Shown one piece after another: positions 34,850-49,469 of a DNA stretch of 64,000 nucleotides. The first letter of the stretch is position 1, and each line of letters begins with the position of its first letter. Below the pieces are notes generated by a model. It searched no databases. It was not told the origin of the DNA and saw nothing but the letters and a program-made list of their open reading frames with translations. Source of the stretch: Octopus sinensis (Eukaryota); contig NC_043001.1 of the NCBI RefSeq assembly GCF_006345805.1, positions 134,788,001 to 134,852,000 of the forward strand. Direction: 5' to 3'. Both the position numbers and the translations under genes were made by a program.

Positions 34850-35720
34850 TCCTCAAACTGAAAGACTAAGTTATATCAAAATATTGAGCTCCTGAAAACC
34901 ATAGTTGGGGTAAAATCCAAAGTAAACTGCACAAGAATTATCAAAACAGTTTAATTCAAGTCACACTTCAATCATTTTTATAACTGGAAGAAGTGTCTAA
35001 ACTTGGTCAATGGGTCATTCATCATCTGGCTACTTTTCAGCTTAATCAAAATGATGCCTTCTGCTTGTCTTGAGTAGTCTTGCTATCAAAACTATGCTGG
35101 ATAGAATCATTACAAATAATGAAAAGTGGGTTGTTTATAATTATATCCAAGGAAAAGGGCAATAATTAGCACCCAATGAAAAGGGGGAACTCATCCTGAA
35201 ACCAGGACTACATCCAAAAGAAGTTATACTCTGTGATTGGTGGGATACAATGAGTTGCCTGTTATATTAAACCGAAACAAAGTTAATTTGGAAAAGTATT
35301 GTTTTCAGTTGGTGGCATAGCACAAAACTTTGCAGAGAAAAGCACCCTCGTGGGTCAAGCGTAAAAGGGTGTTGCTTATACATGATAATGCAAGACCATA
35401 TGTTGCTCAAGTAACTCAAGGAAAGATTATGACTCTAAACATGGAAGTTTTACCTCACACTACTCTCTTGATCTTGCTCCAGCTGACCATCATATTTTTC
35501 TTTAGATCATTGCAACTTTATTTAGAGGGAAAACATTTTATTAATTTTGAAGAGGTTAAAAATGATATTGAGTGTTTCTATGCTTTGAAATCTAAAGAAT
35601 TTTATGCCTGAAGGACTCAACAATTTGACAAATAGATGGGATAGAAGTCATCAGTAATGAAAGGAAATATTATCTTGACTAATTATATTAGTTAAGACCG
35701 TCATGAAATGCAACAAAAAT
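34850..35720 (+). mobile_element. mariner transposase relic
   Basis: RIITNNEKWVVY, KPGLHPKEVILCDWWD, LLIHDNARPY, DLAPADHH..FRSLQ motifs. Confidence 0.8.
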
Positions 35721-35843
35721 ATTTTTTTTCTATTTATATATTCACACATACAAATATGTGTGTAAAATAGACATCCATGCATCATATTTAATGCATATAC
35801 ACTGTTGACAGTTAGTTACTGCAATTTTTGTATCAGATAAAAT

Positions 35844-36063
35844 CTCTTACTCTTTACTCTTTTACTTGTTTCAGTCATTTGACTGCGGCCATGCTGGAGC
35901 ACCACCTTTAGTCGAGCAAATCAACCCCGGGACTTATTCTTTGTAAGCCCAGTACTTATTCTATCGATCTCTTTTGCTGAACCGCTAAGTGACGGGGACG
36001 TAAACAAACCAGCAGCGGTTGTCAAGCAATGCTAGGGGGACAAACACAGACACACAAACATAT

Positions 36064-36110
<47 letters not shown>

Positions 36111-36229
36111 TACGACAGGTTTCTTTCAGTTTCCGTCTACCAAATCCACTCACAAGGCATTGGTCGGCCCGGGGCTATAGCAGAAGATACTTGCCCAAGA
36201 TGCCACGCAGTGGGACTGAACCCGGAACC
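35844..36229 (-). mobile_element. SINE family C (5'-truncated)
   Basis: Matches family C. Confidence 0.85.
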
Positions 36230-36704
36230 GTGTGTGTGCTGTGTTTAAAGATACTATGGAGACATAAAATTGGCCCAGCAGTTGCTAGTGAGAATGCTAG
36301 ATGCATTTCAGCCTCGTCAATGACGTGCTCACAGTTAACCACATGCCTAGACAAACTCTGTTACCTCCAACAGCTGTTCACTATACCAATGATTCTTATC
36401 CTTCACTGTTCCCCAATACTGGAGGAAACAAATCTTATCTCAGCCTGTGGTTGATTGTGAGTACATGTCATTAACAAGGTCCAAAATGGCTGAAATGCAT
36501 CTGGTGACCTTGCCAGCTGCTGCTGCTGCTGGGACAATTTTTGTCTCCCTCTGATATGCATTGGGTTTTAACACAGCATGTCCATAAGAGAGTTTGCAGT
36601 AATTTGCTTGTCAATGGTGTATATACATCAAGTATGATACATGGATGGTGGTTTTAATTTAATACTGCTTCAGTTGTGTTCACCAGATTATTTACTGTAT
36701 ATCT

Positions 36705-37070
36705 TTTATCCTTTACTTGTTTCAGTCATTTGACCGAAGTCATACCGGGGCACCACCTTGAAAGGTTTTAGTCAAACAAATTGACCCCAGAACTTATTTT
36801 TTTAAGCCTGGTACTAATTTTATTGGTTCTCTTTTGCTGAACTTTTAAGTTATGGGGACGTAAACACACCAATTGTGAAGAGGTGGGGGTGAGGAACAAA
36901 TACAGACACACACATATTATAAATACAATGGGCTTCTTTCAGTTTCTATCTACCATATCCACTCACAAGGCTTTGTTCAACCTGAGGTTATAGTAGAAGA
37001 CACTCTGCCCAAGGTGCCACACAATGGGACTGAACCCAGACCCATGTGGCTGGGAACCAAGTTTCTTACT
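36705..37070 (-). mobile_element. SINE family C, older diverged copy
   Basis: Recognisable tail and head with many substitutions. Confidence 0.7.
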
Positions 37071-37089
37071 ACATGACCAGTTATAAATC

Positions 37090-37122
<33 letters not shown>

Positions 37123-37394
37123 CATCATCATCATCATCATCATCATTTAGCGTCCGTTTTCCATGCTAGCATGGGTTGGACGGTTCTACTGGGGTCTGTG
37201 AAGCCAGAAGGCTTCATCAGGCCCAGTCAAATCTGGCAGTGTTTCTACGGCTGGATGCCCTTCCTAACGCCAATATATATATATATATATATATATGATC
37301 ACTCATAGTACTGCACTATTTGAGCATGAAATCTGAAACAGCTCACATATAACTTGGGTATTTGTTAAATGACATAATATATATATATATATGT

Positions 37395-37541
37395 GTGGTA
37401 AGTAGCTTGCTTACCAACCACATGGTTCCGGGTTCAGTCCCACTGCGTGGCACCTTGGGCAAGTGTCTTCTACTATAGCCTCAGGCCGACCAAAGCCTTG
37501 TGAGTGGATTTGGTAGACGGAAACTGAAAGAAGCCTGTCGT

Positions 37542-37577
<36 letters not shown>

Positions 37578-37780
37578 ATATGTTTGTCCCCCCAACATCG
37601 CTTGACAACCGATGCTGGTGTGTTTATGTCCCCGTAACATAGCGGTTCGGCAAAAGAGATCGATAGAATAAGTACTAGGCTTACAAAGAATAAGTCCTGG
37701 GGGTTGATTTCCTCGACTAAAGGCGGTGCTCCAGCATGGCCACAGTCAAATGACTGAAACAAGTAAAAGAGTAAAAGAGA
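37395..37780 (+). mobile_element. SINE family C
   Basis: Matches family C. Confidence 0.85.
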
Positions 37781-38137
37781 GTATATATTGGATTGTCAGA
37801 TAAATTTGTTCATTTTTTCCCCATTTATTCTGATCTTTTCCAGTGTTATTTGAATTAATGGGATAAACATTCTTATTGTAGTGATCTGTTTTCTTTTTTA
37901 GCTCTCTTCTTCCTCTCCAACTTTTATGCATTGTTTTGAAATTTGAATTAAATTTACATCGTTTGAAACATATTTGTGTATGTGCGTCTTATATTGATGT
38001 TGGAAGGCAGCCACGATACAGCTAGAAATAAGAACAAATGTTTACACTTTTAGCTCATATATTTCAATATTTTAGTTTATAAAAGCTCCTAGTCATAAAT
38101 GTGAAGTGAACTGACTAGGCCTTTTAGTAACTGTAAT

Positions 38138-38440
38138 ATCATCATCATCATCATCATCATTTAGCGTCCGCTTTCCATGCTAGCATGGGTTGGACGGTTC
38201 AACTGGGGTCTGTGAAGCTGGAAGGCTTCGTCAGGCCCAGTCTGATCTGGCAGTCTTTCTACGGCTGGATGCCCTTCCTAACGCCAACCACTCCGCGAGT
38301 GTAGTGGGTGCTTTTTACGTGCCACCCGCACAGGTGCCAGACAGAGCTGGCAAACGGCCACGAACGGATGGTGCTTTTACGTGTCACCAGCACGGGGGCC
38401 AGGCGATGCTGGCAACGGACACGAACGGATAGTGCTTTTT
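38138..38440 (-). mobile_element. RTE LINE 3' tail
   Basis: (CAT)n plus tail. Confidence 0.8.
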
Positions 38441-38442
38441 AA

Positions 38443-38636
38443 CCCTTTAGCTTGAAACTGGCTGTATTTTTCCTGATTTAATGTTCAAAATGGCCAGATA
38501 TAGCCTCTCACATCAACCATACAATATCATTCTAAAAAGTTATCTCATCAAGATCTCAAAGCCACATGGTAATGCATGATTAATTCAAAACAATGTGAAC
38601 AAGCATTACTTTCGATAGAACGTGAATGCTAAAGGG
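38443..38636. mobile_element. piggyBac-type MITE
   Basis: TTAA|CCCTTTAGC...GCTAAAGGG|TTAA. Confidence 0.75.
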
Positions 38637-38744
38637 TTAAAGAGTAAATTTTCGTTCTTATTCCTGTACTTCTAACTCTATTGCTGTGGTTTTCTAAATC
38701 ACTTGATTCTATTTGACAATGTTTCAAATAAATTAATTTATTCT

Positions 38745-38988
38745 ACCGGTGGCACGTAAAAAGCACCATCCGATCGTGGCCGTTTGCCAGCCTCGTCTGG
38801 CACCTGTGCCGGTGGCACGTAAAAAGCACCCACTACACTCATGGAGTGGTTGGCGTTAGGAAGGGCATCCAGCTGTAGAAACATTGCCAGATCAGACTGG
38901 GCCTGGTGCAGCCTTCTGGCTTCCCAGTCCCCTGTTGAACCATCCGACCCATGCCAGCATGGAAAGCGAACGCTAAATGATGATGATG
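38745..38988 (+). mobile_element. RTE LINE 3' tail
   Basis: Tail ending in (ATG)n. Confidence 0.8.
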
Positions 38989-39156
38989 AATACATATATC
39001 AAATGACATCTATTCTTCATTACCAATTACTTAATGTAAATTTTAGCTTGATAAAATGTTATTTCCAAGTTTTCTATCATTCCTCAGTTGTGGTTGAAGA
39101 TTATCTGTTATTCCGAGTTTCTACATCACAACAAAGGAAACCACTTAACACTCTAA

Positions 39157-39534
39157 TCTATATATATAAAGCTGAAGTTGTCTGTGTATGGTAGCCTTCA
39201 ACTAACACTATCTCCTCCGAGACCCTGCGGCGCAAGTTGTCCGAAATTGAGAGCATGATAGAAGGCGTGCTCTTCATTCTGTAGAAGATAAAATTCAAAT
39301 TGGACCATGTTAAGACCAAAAATGATTTACATCAAAAAGGTGCTTTTTTTCTATGAAAATCCCTATTTTTTATGACTTTTTGACTGCTGTGTCGCCATTT
39401 TTCAGCGTATTTCAACCAGAAAAATGTTCACTTAAAGAGAATAACAAGCTACATAATGCAAATTTTTTACTTTTCAAAAATTCCAATTCTAAAGGGTCAA
39501 AACAAACCCGAGCAATGCCGGGCAATACTGCTGG
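39157..39534 (+). mobile_element. Non-autonomous Helitron (second subfamily)
   Basis: A|TCTATATATATAAA start; CCCGAGCAATGCCGGGCAATACTGCTGG|T end. Confidence 0.7.
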
Positions 39535-39724
39535 TATATTTTAATACTGGATCTCATAATATATTGTCTGTTGCTCTGAAATCTACCTTTTACATGTAAT
39601 ACCAGAGACACCATATAACTGAGTACAGAGGAATTTAAGTGAAGTACAGTCCGCTGTCACTCTTGAGCAAATATAGCTTGTTAGTAAAGAGCTCTCTCCC
39701 ACCATTCTTAGTTTACTTACCATT

Positions 39725-40093
39725 GAGGCGCAATGGCCCAGTGGTTAGGGCAGCGGACTCGCAGTCATAGGATCGTGGTTTTGATTCCCAGACCAGGCGT
39801 TGTGAGTGTTTATTGAGCGAAAACACCTAAAAGCTCCACGAGGCTCCTGCAGGGGATGGTAGTGAACCCTGCTGTACTCTTTCACCACAACTTACTTCCT
39901 GTTTCTGTTGTACCTGTATTTCAAAGGGCCGGCCTTGTCACTCTGTGTCACGCTGAATATCCCCAAGAACTACGTTAAGGGTACACGTGTCTGTGAAGTG
40001 CTCAGCCACTTACACGTTAATTTCACGAGCAGGCTGTTCCGTTGATTCGGATCAACCGGAATCCTCGTCGTCGTAACCGACGGAGTGCTTCCA
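39725..40093 (+). mobile_element. SINE family A
   Basis: Matches 1878-2260 with a small internal deletion. Confidence 0.88.
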
Positions 40094-40368
40094 TCACCCT
40101 TGATCCAATATATCAACAGTAAGGGAGCAGTCAAAGATGTGGCAGCTGGAAGGAGAGAGGGCTGTACCAACATGTGGCTGGTACAGCTCTCTCTCTCTCT
40201 GAGTAGATTGGAGCACCATGAAATGATGTGCTGTGCTCAAAGACACAAAATACTGCCTAGTCTGGGATTTGATTTCATAGCATTATGATCATGAGTTGAG
40301 CACCCTAACCACTAGAATATGTTGCTTCATGCAGTGGGATTAATAGTACTAATTTTTACTTGTAATAG

Positions 40369-40590
40369 CTATTTCTTTACTACCCACAAGGGGCTAAACA
40401 CAGAGGGGACAAACAAACGGATTAAGTCGATTACATGGACCCCAGTGCGTAACTGGTACTTAATTTATCGACCCCGAAAGGATGAAAGGCAAAGTCGACC
40501 TCGGCGGAATTTGAACTCAGAACGTAACGGCAGACGAAATACCGCTAAACATTTCGCCCAGCGTGCTAACGTTTCTGCCAGCTCGCCGCC
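40369..40590 (-). mobile_element. SINE family B
   Basis: Matches family B; flanking direct repeat ttttacttgtaatagc. Confidence 0.85.
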
Positions 40591-40718
40591 TATATAAACT
40601 TTTACTTGTAATAGCAGACAACTGTCAGGTAGGTTTAGTAATAAAAGTGTTAGTGAGAGAATAAAGAGGAACTAGAGACGACAAAAAAGAGTCAATGTGT
40701 GTTTTCATCAAATGTTGT

Positions 40719-40724
40719 TTTATT
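40719..40724 (-). terminator. Candidate poly(A) signal AATAAA for the neuroglian-like transcript
   Basis: AATAAA on the minus strand followed ~25-45 nt later by a T/GT-rich tract (ctcttttttgtcgtctct), at the boundary where young TEs resume. Confidence 0.35.
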
Positions 40725-41098
40725 GTAGATGAAAAGGAATGTTGACTTTGGATTTATTGATATCCAGCATAAGACCATCAGTTTGTAACAAATCAATATA
40801 AGAAATACCAAGTCACTTCTCTCTTGTGCTAACTTAAGTGATTGTGTTCAACAAACAAGACAGTAGTGAAAAAAAAAATTACAGTGTTTATAAAGAATAA
40901 AGCTTTTCAAAAATGTGTATTTAGGTGGGTAGAAAGTGGAAAAAAAAAAAGAAGCAAAATTTAAATATAAAAAGGAACTCATAAATCTTTTAAGAATAAG
41001 AAAAATATATAAACTTTTGGTTCTTCATTACACTGAAATTCGAAGCAATCATATACAGAAAGATAAGTAGATAGCTACTGAGGATTATTTATTTATTG

Positions 41099-41129
<31 letters not shown>

Positions 41130-42782
41130 GAGAAACTGAGAAGTCTTTATAGGATGGCCTCTGAATAGGCATTGTTGTTGTTGTTGTTGTTGCTGGTGTT
41201 ATTATTATTATTATTATTATTTTTTTTTGTTTTTGTTTTTAATAATCTGTAACCACTTTTATTAGGGTTGAATGGAAAAAAAAAGGTTAATATTGACTTA
41301 TGAAATGAGCGAGAAGGCCACAGAATGTCGGGGTAAAGCAGCGGTATTGAAATAATAATATCAACTGGATGCCAATGTACAAAAGAGCAGCACTTAATGC
41401 AACAAATAACACCAATACTATATATTACAAATGTCTATTATGATGCTTCATTTGCTCCCCCTTTTTTTTTTCTCAGCATCCTTTTCCACTATGCCGCTAC
41501 ACAAACAGCAAGAAACATAAAAATAAAAAAACCACACAGGACCTTAAAAATAAGAAGATCCACACTCCAACATTTAGTCCATTGCTGGGCCCAGGTGGAG
41601 AGCACATAAATGGCTTCTTAAAGTTTTTATTCAACAATTTATTTTTGAATTTACACTTATCTCCAGATACTATGAAAATAGTGAGATCACTTTGCCACCA
41701 GTCCATATATATATATATATATGTACGTATGCATATATGTGTGTTTATATGTGTACATAATATAAACATACACATATATATCTTTATATTATATACACAT
41801 ATGTATATAAATATATGCACAGACACATAGATATTGAGATAGACAGACAGACACATGCACACACACCTACACACCTGCCTTCTATAGTGTAATAAAGAGA
41901 CAACACTCACTAACAAATACATTTACACACAGACATACTTGTCATTTTGCATTCTTGAATTAGAGGGTTTGGGAGCTACAAACAAATATATGTATGTATA
42001 TATATATATATGATGCATACCATTGTGTATATACGTACATATGAATACATAAACTCCAAACTCCTACATGTTGACACAAATATGAAAGGAGAATAATAAA
42101 ACTAACAAAAACAAAAGAACCCCTAAAATTTACTGACACCAGCCCAAACAGGGACTCATTTGAGTCACTGTTGAAAATTTCTACTTCTTTTCAGACATGA
42201 CAGATGAAGCTAGAAGCTGTGTGAGATACAATACTTTTTGTACAAAGGATGACAGTACATATATCTATTTAGACTTGAGAGCTAAAATGATAGAGATATT
42301 GAATTATTATTAAATACTTGCATTTATTTTGCATTTGACATTTCTGGATATTTTGTCCAACAGTTTTAAATTGGCTTTGATAAGTATAATTAACCAGGTA
42401 CTATTGCTTCAGAATTCCTATTTTGCATGTGTGAGAATGTGAGAGAGAGGGAGGGAGATAGAAATTTCTTCAAGACAAACTGTCTGAAATTTCCTGAGAG
42501 AACAACAGTGTGCTGTTTGACTTAGTCAATAGATTTTAGAGAATTTCTTGGGATCTCTCAAGGAGTAAATTATATATTCTTTAAACCACAGCTTCTTTTT
42601 AAAATCTTGGAACTAAATTTTTGGAATAATAAATAATCTTTGCATAAAATATATTTAAAAAAAAAAACGAAGCATAAAACATAGTAGAATCAGTTTTAAT
42701 GCTCATGTAATAGCAATAGCATCGATGGGTAAAATAGTGAACTTTATCTCCAACTATAAACAAGGCAAAGCAAATCAAACAA

Positions 42783-42817
42783 TTATATATATATGATATA
42801 TATGATATATATATATG

Positions 42818-42854
<37 letters not shown>

Positions 42855-42973
42855 GATATATATATATGATTATATATATATGATATATATATATGATATA
42901 TATATGATATATATATATATATATGATATATATATATGATATATATTATATATATATGATATATATATATATA

Positions 42974-43041
<68 letters not shown>

Positions 43042-43042
43042 G
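42783..43042. repeat. (TA)n / (TATATATGA)n microsatellite
   Basis: Directly visible. Confidence 0.95.
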
Positions 43043-44031
43043 ATAGAGTAATCTGTTTGGTAATTTCTGAGAGTGTTATCAACAATTTATCGATAATTTC
43101 AATAACTTTAAAACGTTCAACTAATAATAAACGAAGGGCTGTTTTAACAATAAACTACAGCTTTAACAAAAATATATATTTCTTTGAAATGAAGATTTTT
43201 TTTTTGTTTTTTACTGAGCTCAGTTTCAGCAAGCAAACTATAACTTGGAATTTTCTGCAACATGAAATTAAATGCAGAAACAAAATAATAGAAAAAAAAA
43301 AATCTTTAGAAAAGCATTAATATTTTAATTGTCTTTATAATTATGTTATGCATAGTAAAATAGAATATATACATACATATGCATGTACACCTACACATTT
43401 ACTCACACATATGCATATATAAACATATCCACACACACATATACAAGTATGTATATATATATATATACATACATTCATACATACAAATATATATATATAT
43501 ACATATACGTACACATATGTATATATAAATGATGGTGGCACTAATAAGAGTAGCTGGATAATAATATGTCAATCATGAAGAACTGTCTTCTTTAATAGGT
43601 GTAAATGAAAAGGAAGGAATTATTTAAGACAAAATCTTGTACTTTAAATACCCCTTATATATTAACTCAATGAAATATTAACAGCCAAGCAAATACGTTG
43701 GCAAAACAAATAAACCAAGAAACAAGGTAATTTCAGTAGTATAGGTATAATATTAATAATAATTATTATTAATAATAATAATAATGAAGATGATGATAAT
43801 AATAATAATAATAATGATAATAATAATTGTTTCTAATTTAGGCACAAGGCCGACAATTTTTGAGGTGAGATGGTCAGTCAATACCACTGACCCCAGTACT
43901 TGACTGGTATTTATATTTTATCAACCCTGAAAGGCAAAGATGACCTTGACAGGGCTTGAATTCAGAAAGTAGAAGACTGTAAGGTAGTATTTTCTCCAAC
44001 ATTCTAACAATTCTGCCATGCATCACACTGG

Positions 44032-44102
44032 ATGATGATAATAATAATAATAATATAATAATAATAATAATAATAATAATAGTAATAATGATAATAATAA
44101 TG

Positions 44103-44138
<36 letters not shown>

Positions 44139-44164
44139 TAATAATAATAATAATAATAATAATG
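44032..44164. repeat. (AAT)n microsatellite
   Basis: Directly visible. Confidence 0.95.
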
Positions 44165-47039
44165 AAAATTAAAATATCACTGCTGTCATTTGGAGGGAAG
44201 TATACACAATAAAAAATACAGTTAAAAGAATAGTTTTAAAAATAAACCGAATGAAATGCTGGCAAGATTATTATTGTTATTGTTATTATTATTATTACTA
44301 ATTTTTTAGTGGTTTGTTTTCTTAGGCCAGTAAACAGCAGTGAGAACAACAAAATATAAGCTGTAGACACTGGATTAATTAAATATGATAAATGACATAC
44401 AGATTTATAATATTTCCTTTTACATTAATTGTTTTGTAATAGGAAAGTAAATTTATGCTATGAAAAAAATTGAACTGGGAAAATAAGTAAATTTAGAAAT
44501 GAAAGAGCAAAAATAAACAACATGGATTTATTCTAGGAGAGACAAGAGAAATTATAGATGAAGTGTGGTGTGTAGTAGTAGTAGTTGTTAAATTATTATC
44601 AACTGACAAGAAGAGTTCAGGAGCATATTGCGGTAATGTGCCATATTACGTTTGTCTAATGCTAACAGAAGGATAATCAGTCAACAGCTTTCAATGACTA
44701 GAATTCTTGAAGGGGAATGGACACATATTTGTTTCAGTAAATTTAGTATTACCATAAGCTATAGACATCAAATGAAATTCCAAATTGATTTTTGGAATTA
44801 ATATTAAAAAAAATAAAACAAAAACAAACAAAAAACTTCTTGTTGAGGTTATAATTCCAGGTAAAAACCATGCCAGGTGTAAAATAAAAAAAAAAACAAA
44901 AATAAGACATTTAAATGTTCCCTTTTTAATTTTTATTGTTATTATGTTTTTTTTTTAATTAAAAAATGAATGTAACTTTTATTTTTCTGCTCATTTTGCA
45001 ACGAAGAAAGAAACTTTGTTTTAACGAAAAAATTCAAGGAAAAAAAACTGAAAAGAAAAAACCTTTAAAAAAGCCAAAGGCTTTTTTAGTAATAATAAAT
45101 TGACTAGAACATGTTGATTGCACATTTTGGAGAAGTTCTATAGGAGGCAGTTAATACATATAAAGCAATGATGAAATAATCCAAATTAACATCATTTTTT
45201 TAGTCTTTGAATCACACTCAAAGCCTGACTATGAACATCATTTTTCAGTACTAGAATGATTTTGTGTGTTTGTTGTCCATTTTGTAAAGGATAATCATAA
45301 ATCCATTTAGTTGAGGAGTGGACTAATTCAGTATTACTGAGTTGATCTAATTACAGATTTCAGTTATAATTAAGTGATGTTTTAGTTGCATTAAAGCTTG
45401 CATGGAAGGAAATTATTGGTAGAGTTGATAGGAAACCAACATTAAGTAGTTTTTAAGGTGAACAAGCTTCAACATTTAAGACATGTACCATAGTTGATAA
45501 GACTCATACGTACAGCATTGCATGAATATGCAGTCAGATACACAGGCATACAGTAGAATACAGTATTTATCAAGTATAGATCTACATTCACTTGATGCAT
45601 ATTTACAAACACCCATGCACAATGACACCCTCACAAAGAGCTGTAATATTAAAGAACTAATGTTATCAAAATGGAGTCAACCACAGAAAAAGCTTCAAAT
45701 TGACTTGGTTTGCCACAAATGGCCAAAGTTGGTCTAGTGGTACTATATATTTCCTTTGCCTATTACATTGAATGAAGAAGGAAAAACACACAGCAATGAT
45801 CCATGTGTCAGAGTGGAAGCTTTCATCTAATGTGTTGTAATAATAAAGCTATGAAATTTATTTCACAGAGAAGAACAATTAATGTAAAATTAGCTCCAAA
45901 GCAGAAGGGATCCATCGACAGGTTTGTGTAGACATAGAAGAATAAAAGCTGAGTAAAACTATTAATTTTCACTGAACAATTGTTTAGGCATTGTACCATC
46001 ATCAATGTTAATAATAATAATGATAATGATGATAATGATAAAATAATAATAATAATAGTAATAATAATGATATAGTAATTCTTTGAAGAATAAATAAAAG
46101 TTCAGAAGCTTCAAAAGAGTTAGTAAAGAAAGTTCTGAAATTTTGTAAATTATTTATATTCAAGAATAGAAAGGAGGTAAAAATCAAAATATGAACTTTC
46201 CATGGCAAATAAATGTTAAATTGCCACAGACAGTCGATATATTTTAGTTTAACTACAGAGAACTAAAGAGTTAATATTTATGGTACTATAATATCATCAA
46301 TGATGATGATATTATTATTATTATTATTATTCTCCTCCTCCTCCTCATCATTATTATTCAGTACTATCTATGACAGCACACTTTAACATCAACAGAAAAT
46401 TACACAAGAACACAAAGAAAATCCTCAAATAATTCCAACTAAGAATGAAACCAAATAAATCGGTCAAGTCCAAGAGATTATATCACAGAATCAGTGGTCT
46501 AAACCTTGAGTTTTAGATCTTATATATTAATACTAAAGCAGATGAAACAGAAATATACCAGAATTAGGAAAGAATATGAAAAGTTTCATAAAACTTAACA
46601 AGTTCAAACATATGCACAAATTTTGTTCTTTAATTCAAATTGAATTTGTGTGTGTGTGTGTGTGTATGTGTGCGCATGAGTGTGTCCTTCAAAATAGCAA
46701 AGTAACGGATAAAGAACTTGGATTATGTTAAAACGATCGTCAATAAAATAATAAAAATCTGAGGTTATGTGTAAGACTGTATGAAGTGTGTGTCTGTATA
46801 TGTGAGTGTATTTCAACAACTTACAAACAATTGTAGAAACAAACAAAAAGGAAGGTGACTGAAGGATACTATTAAATAAATTTTGCATTAGTAAAAATAT
46901 AAGAGCGGGGGAAATGAAGAAAAAAATGTAAACAAAGAGGTATGAAGGAAAGCAGATGGGGAATTTTACTAAAACAAAATGCGAAGATTACAGTTTCTGG
47001 CAGTGGTGTATAAGCAACAGAGAGAACTGAAAAGAATGC

Positions 47040-47067
47040 ATATGTATGTGTGGATACATATATACAT

Positions 47068-47112
<45 letters not shown>

Positions 47113-47354
47113 ATATATATATCATCGTCAAAGGAAACAATTTTTAATGAAATGGGAAAACTTAAATGGATAAAAAGGAATGTTGCTGAGAGAGGTGCAT
47201 AAAGATCCACCAAGGATTGTAGTGATGGAATACACATGTACATACACACACATTATATACAATACATACATACATACATATATACACACATATAATATGT
47301 ACATATATATGCATGTGTATATATATATGTACATATATATGCATGTGTATATAT

Positions 47355-47443
<89 letters not shown>

Positions 47444-47448
47444 ATACA

Positions 47449-47518
<70 letters not shown>

Positions 47519-47795
47519 TCGCAGGTCATAAAGAAAAGTGATTGAAGTGGCGGTGGCAATAGGGGGGGAAGGGTGGTTTGTAAAGGCTTTAGCAAAGATG
47601 GCGGCAACAAGCTGTAACAGCACTGAATGCAATGGTATTCCTATATCAACTACTAAAGTGTGGGACAATTTCAGGTATCAAGCAGTGAAAATATTTTCAG
47701 AAATATTTTTTGACAATAAATAGAATGAAGAATAAACTTCCATTTAAAAAAAAATTTTTACTTACTTTCTTTTTTGTTTGCTTGGTATTTTTTCA

Positions 47796-47832
<37 letters not shown>

Positions 47833-47917
47833 TATATAATTTTGTTTTTATTGTCACTATTTTACTTTCAAAGGAAGGATAAACTTTAAAAAAATATTAA
47901 AATAACGAATAAGTCAT

Positions 47918-47955
<38 letters not shown>

Positions 47956-47960
47956 TATAT

Positions 47961-48012
<52 letters not shown>

Positions 48013-48260
48013 CATATATGTGTGTATGACTACATACACACACACACCTATCTTTGTGTGTGTGTGAGCGTATGTGTGTATACATATATGCATACATATA
48101 GTTCTATATAGACATATACATACATATGCACATATATATATATACACAGTACTTACATATACATACATATATACATATATATATGTAAACACATATGTGT
48201 GTGCACGTGTGTGTGTGTGTGTATATATGAGTGAGTGTATCAGTGTATGCGTGTTTGTGT
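47040..48260. repeat. Compound (TA)n/(CA)n microsatellite cluster
   Basis: Directly visible; source of the poly-YI ORFs. Confidence 0.9.
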
Positions 48261-49011
48261 GTGTGGAAAGGTGAACAAAGTGCTTTCTGCACCCCCACAA
48301 CATAGGTGCTTTATAAGATAATGGACAATGAAGTTAGAATTCAGCATCAATCATTAATCCACAGAAACTGACAATACACAGTCGTTTGTGCAGGATTGAT
48401 AGGATAACTATGGAATGATACTGAATGAAGGTGAATAATTCATTAAGCCAGTCATGTAGACCTCTTTACATGCTGGAGATCACAGAAAGATAAACAGGCT
48501 GAAATTATGAGATAAAAAAAATTAGTCAATAAAGAGATAAAGAATATAAATGACTGGTGAATAAAGATTGATTAATGAATAAGAGAATCACACTACATGT
48601 CTAGATAGTACCCATGTGTGTGTACCTATGCATCTAAGGATATAAATATATGTATACATACATACACATATTATATATATATATATATATATATATACCT
48701 ATAAACAAGCACACACACACAATTGTGTATATACTATATACATGTAGCTGTGTGATGACACCCTAACAAACAGGAATAACGTAACAGAGACTCATAATGC
48801 TATAAACGAGGCAGCAACAAGAACAAGGGTTAAGAATTTTCCTTAAAATAATAATGATGATGATGATGATTATGATGATGAGAATGAAGATGATGATGAT
48901 GATATTAGCAGAAGACCACAAATATAGAGAATTAACTCCCAGCCAAGTAAGTACAACAAAGTATTTTGTCTGGCACTCTACTGAGTCTGCTAATAAATAA
49001 TAATAATAATA

Positions 49012-49052
<41 letters not shown>

Positions 49053-49436
49053 AATAATAATAATAATAATAATAATAAAGAGATGCTGTCAGCCAGAGTG
49101 TATTCTGTTGCAAGCACAGTAACAATATTAGACACAATTTTGATTATAAAACAATATATTTTTCTCTTATTTTCTCACTTGAAGTTGCTGCCTAGACCAT
49201 ATCTGAATAGACACCTACATTGTACCAGCAGACAGCAAATGTCTACACATCGACAAAACACTGCATTATGATTTTGTATTCAATATGATTTGGTGTGGTG
49301 GAAAAAAACCGAAACTAAAAGTTCCAGTTTTGAGGAATTAATATGAAGGAATAAATAGGAAACTTAAGTCATTTTTGAAATGTATTAAGTGAAATAGAAT
49401 GGATAAATGATTTAATGCAGAGAGTATATATATAGA

Positions 49437-49469
<33 letters not shown>

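Noticed and set aside
47128-49271. Poly-YI, poly-H, poly-D/N ORFs
   Set aside because: Microsatellite translations.
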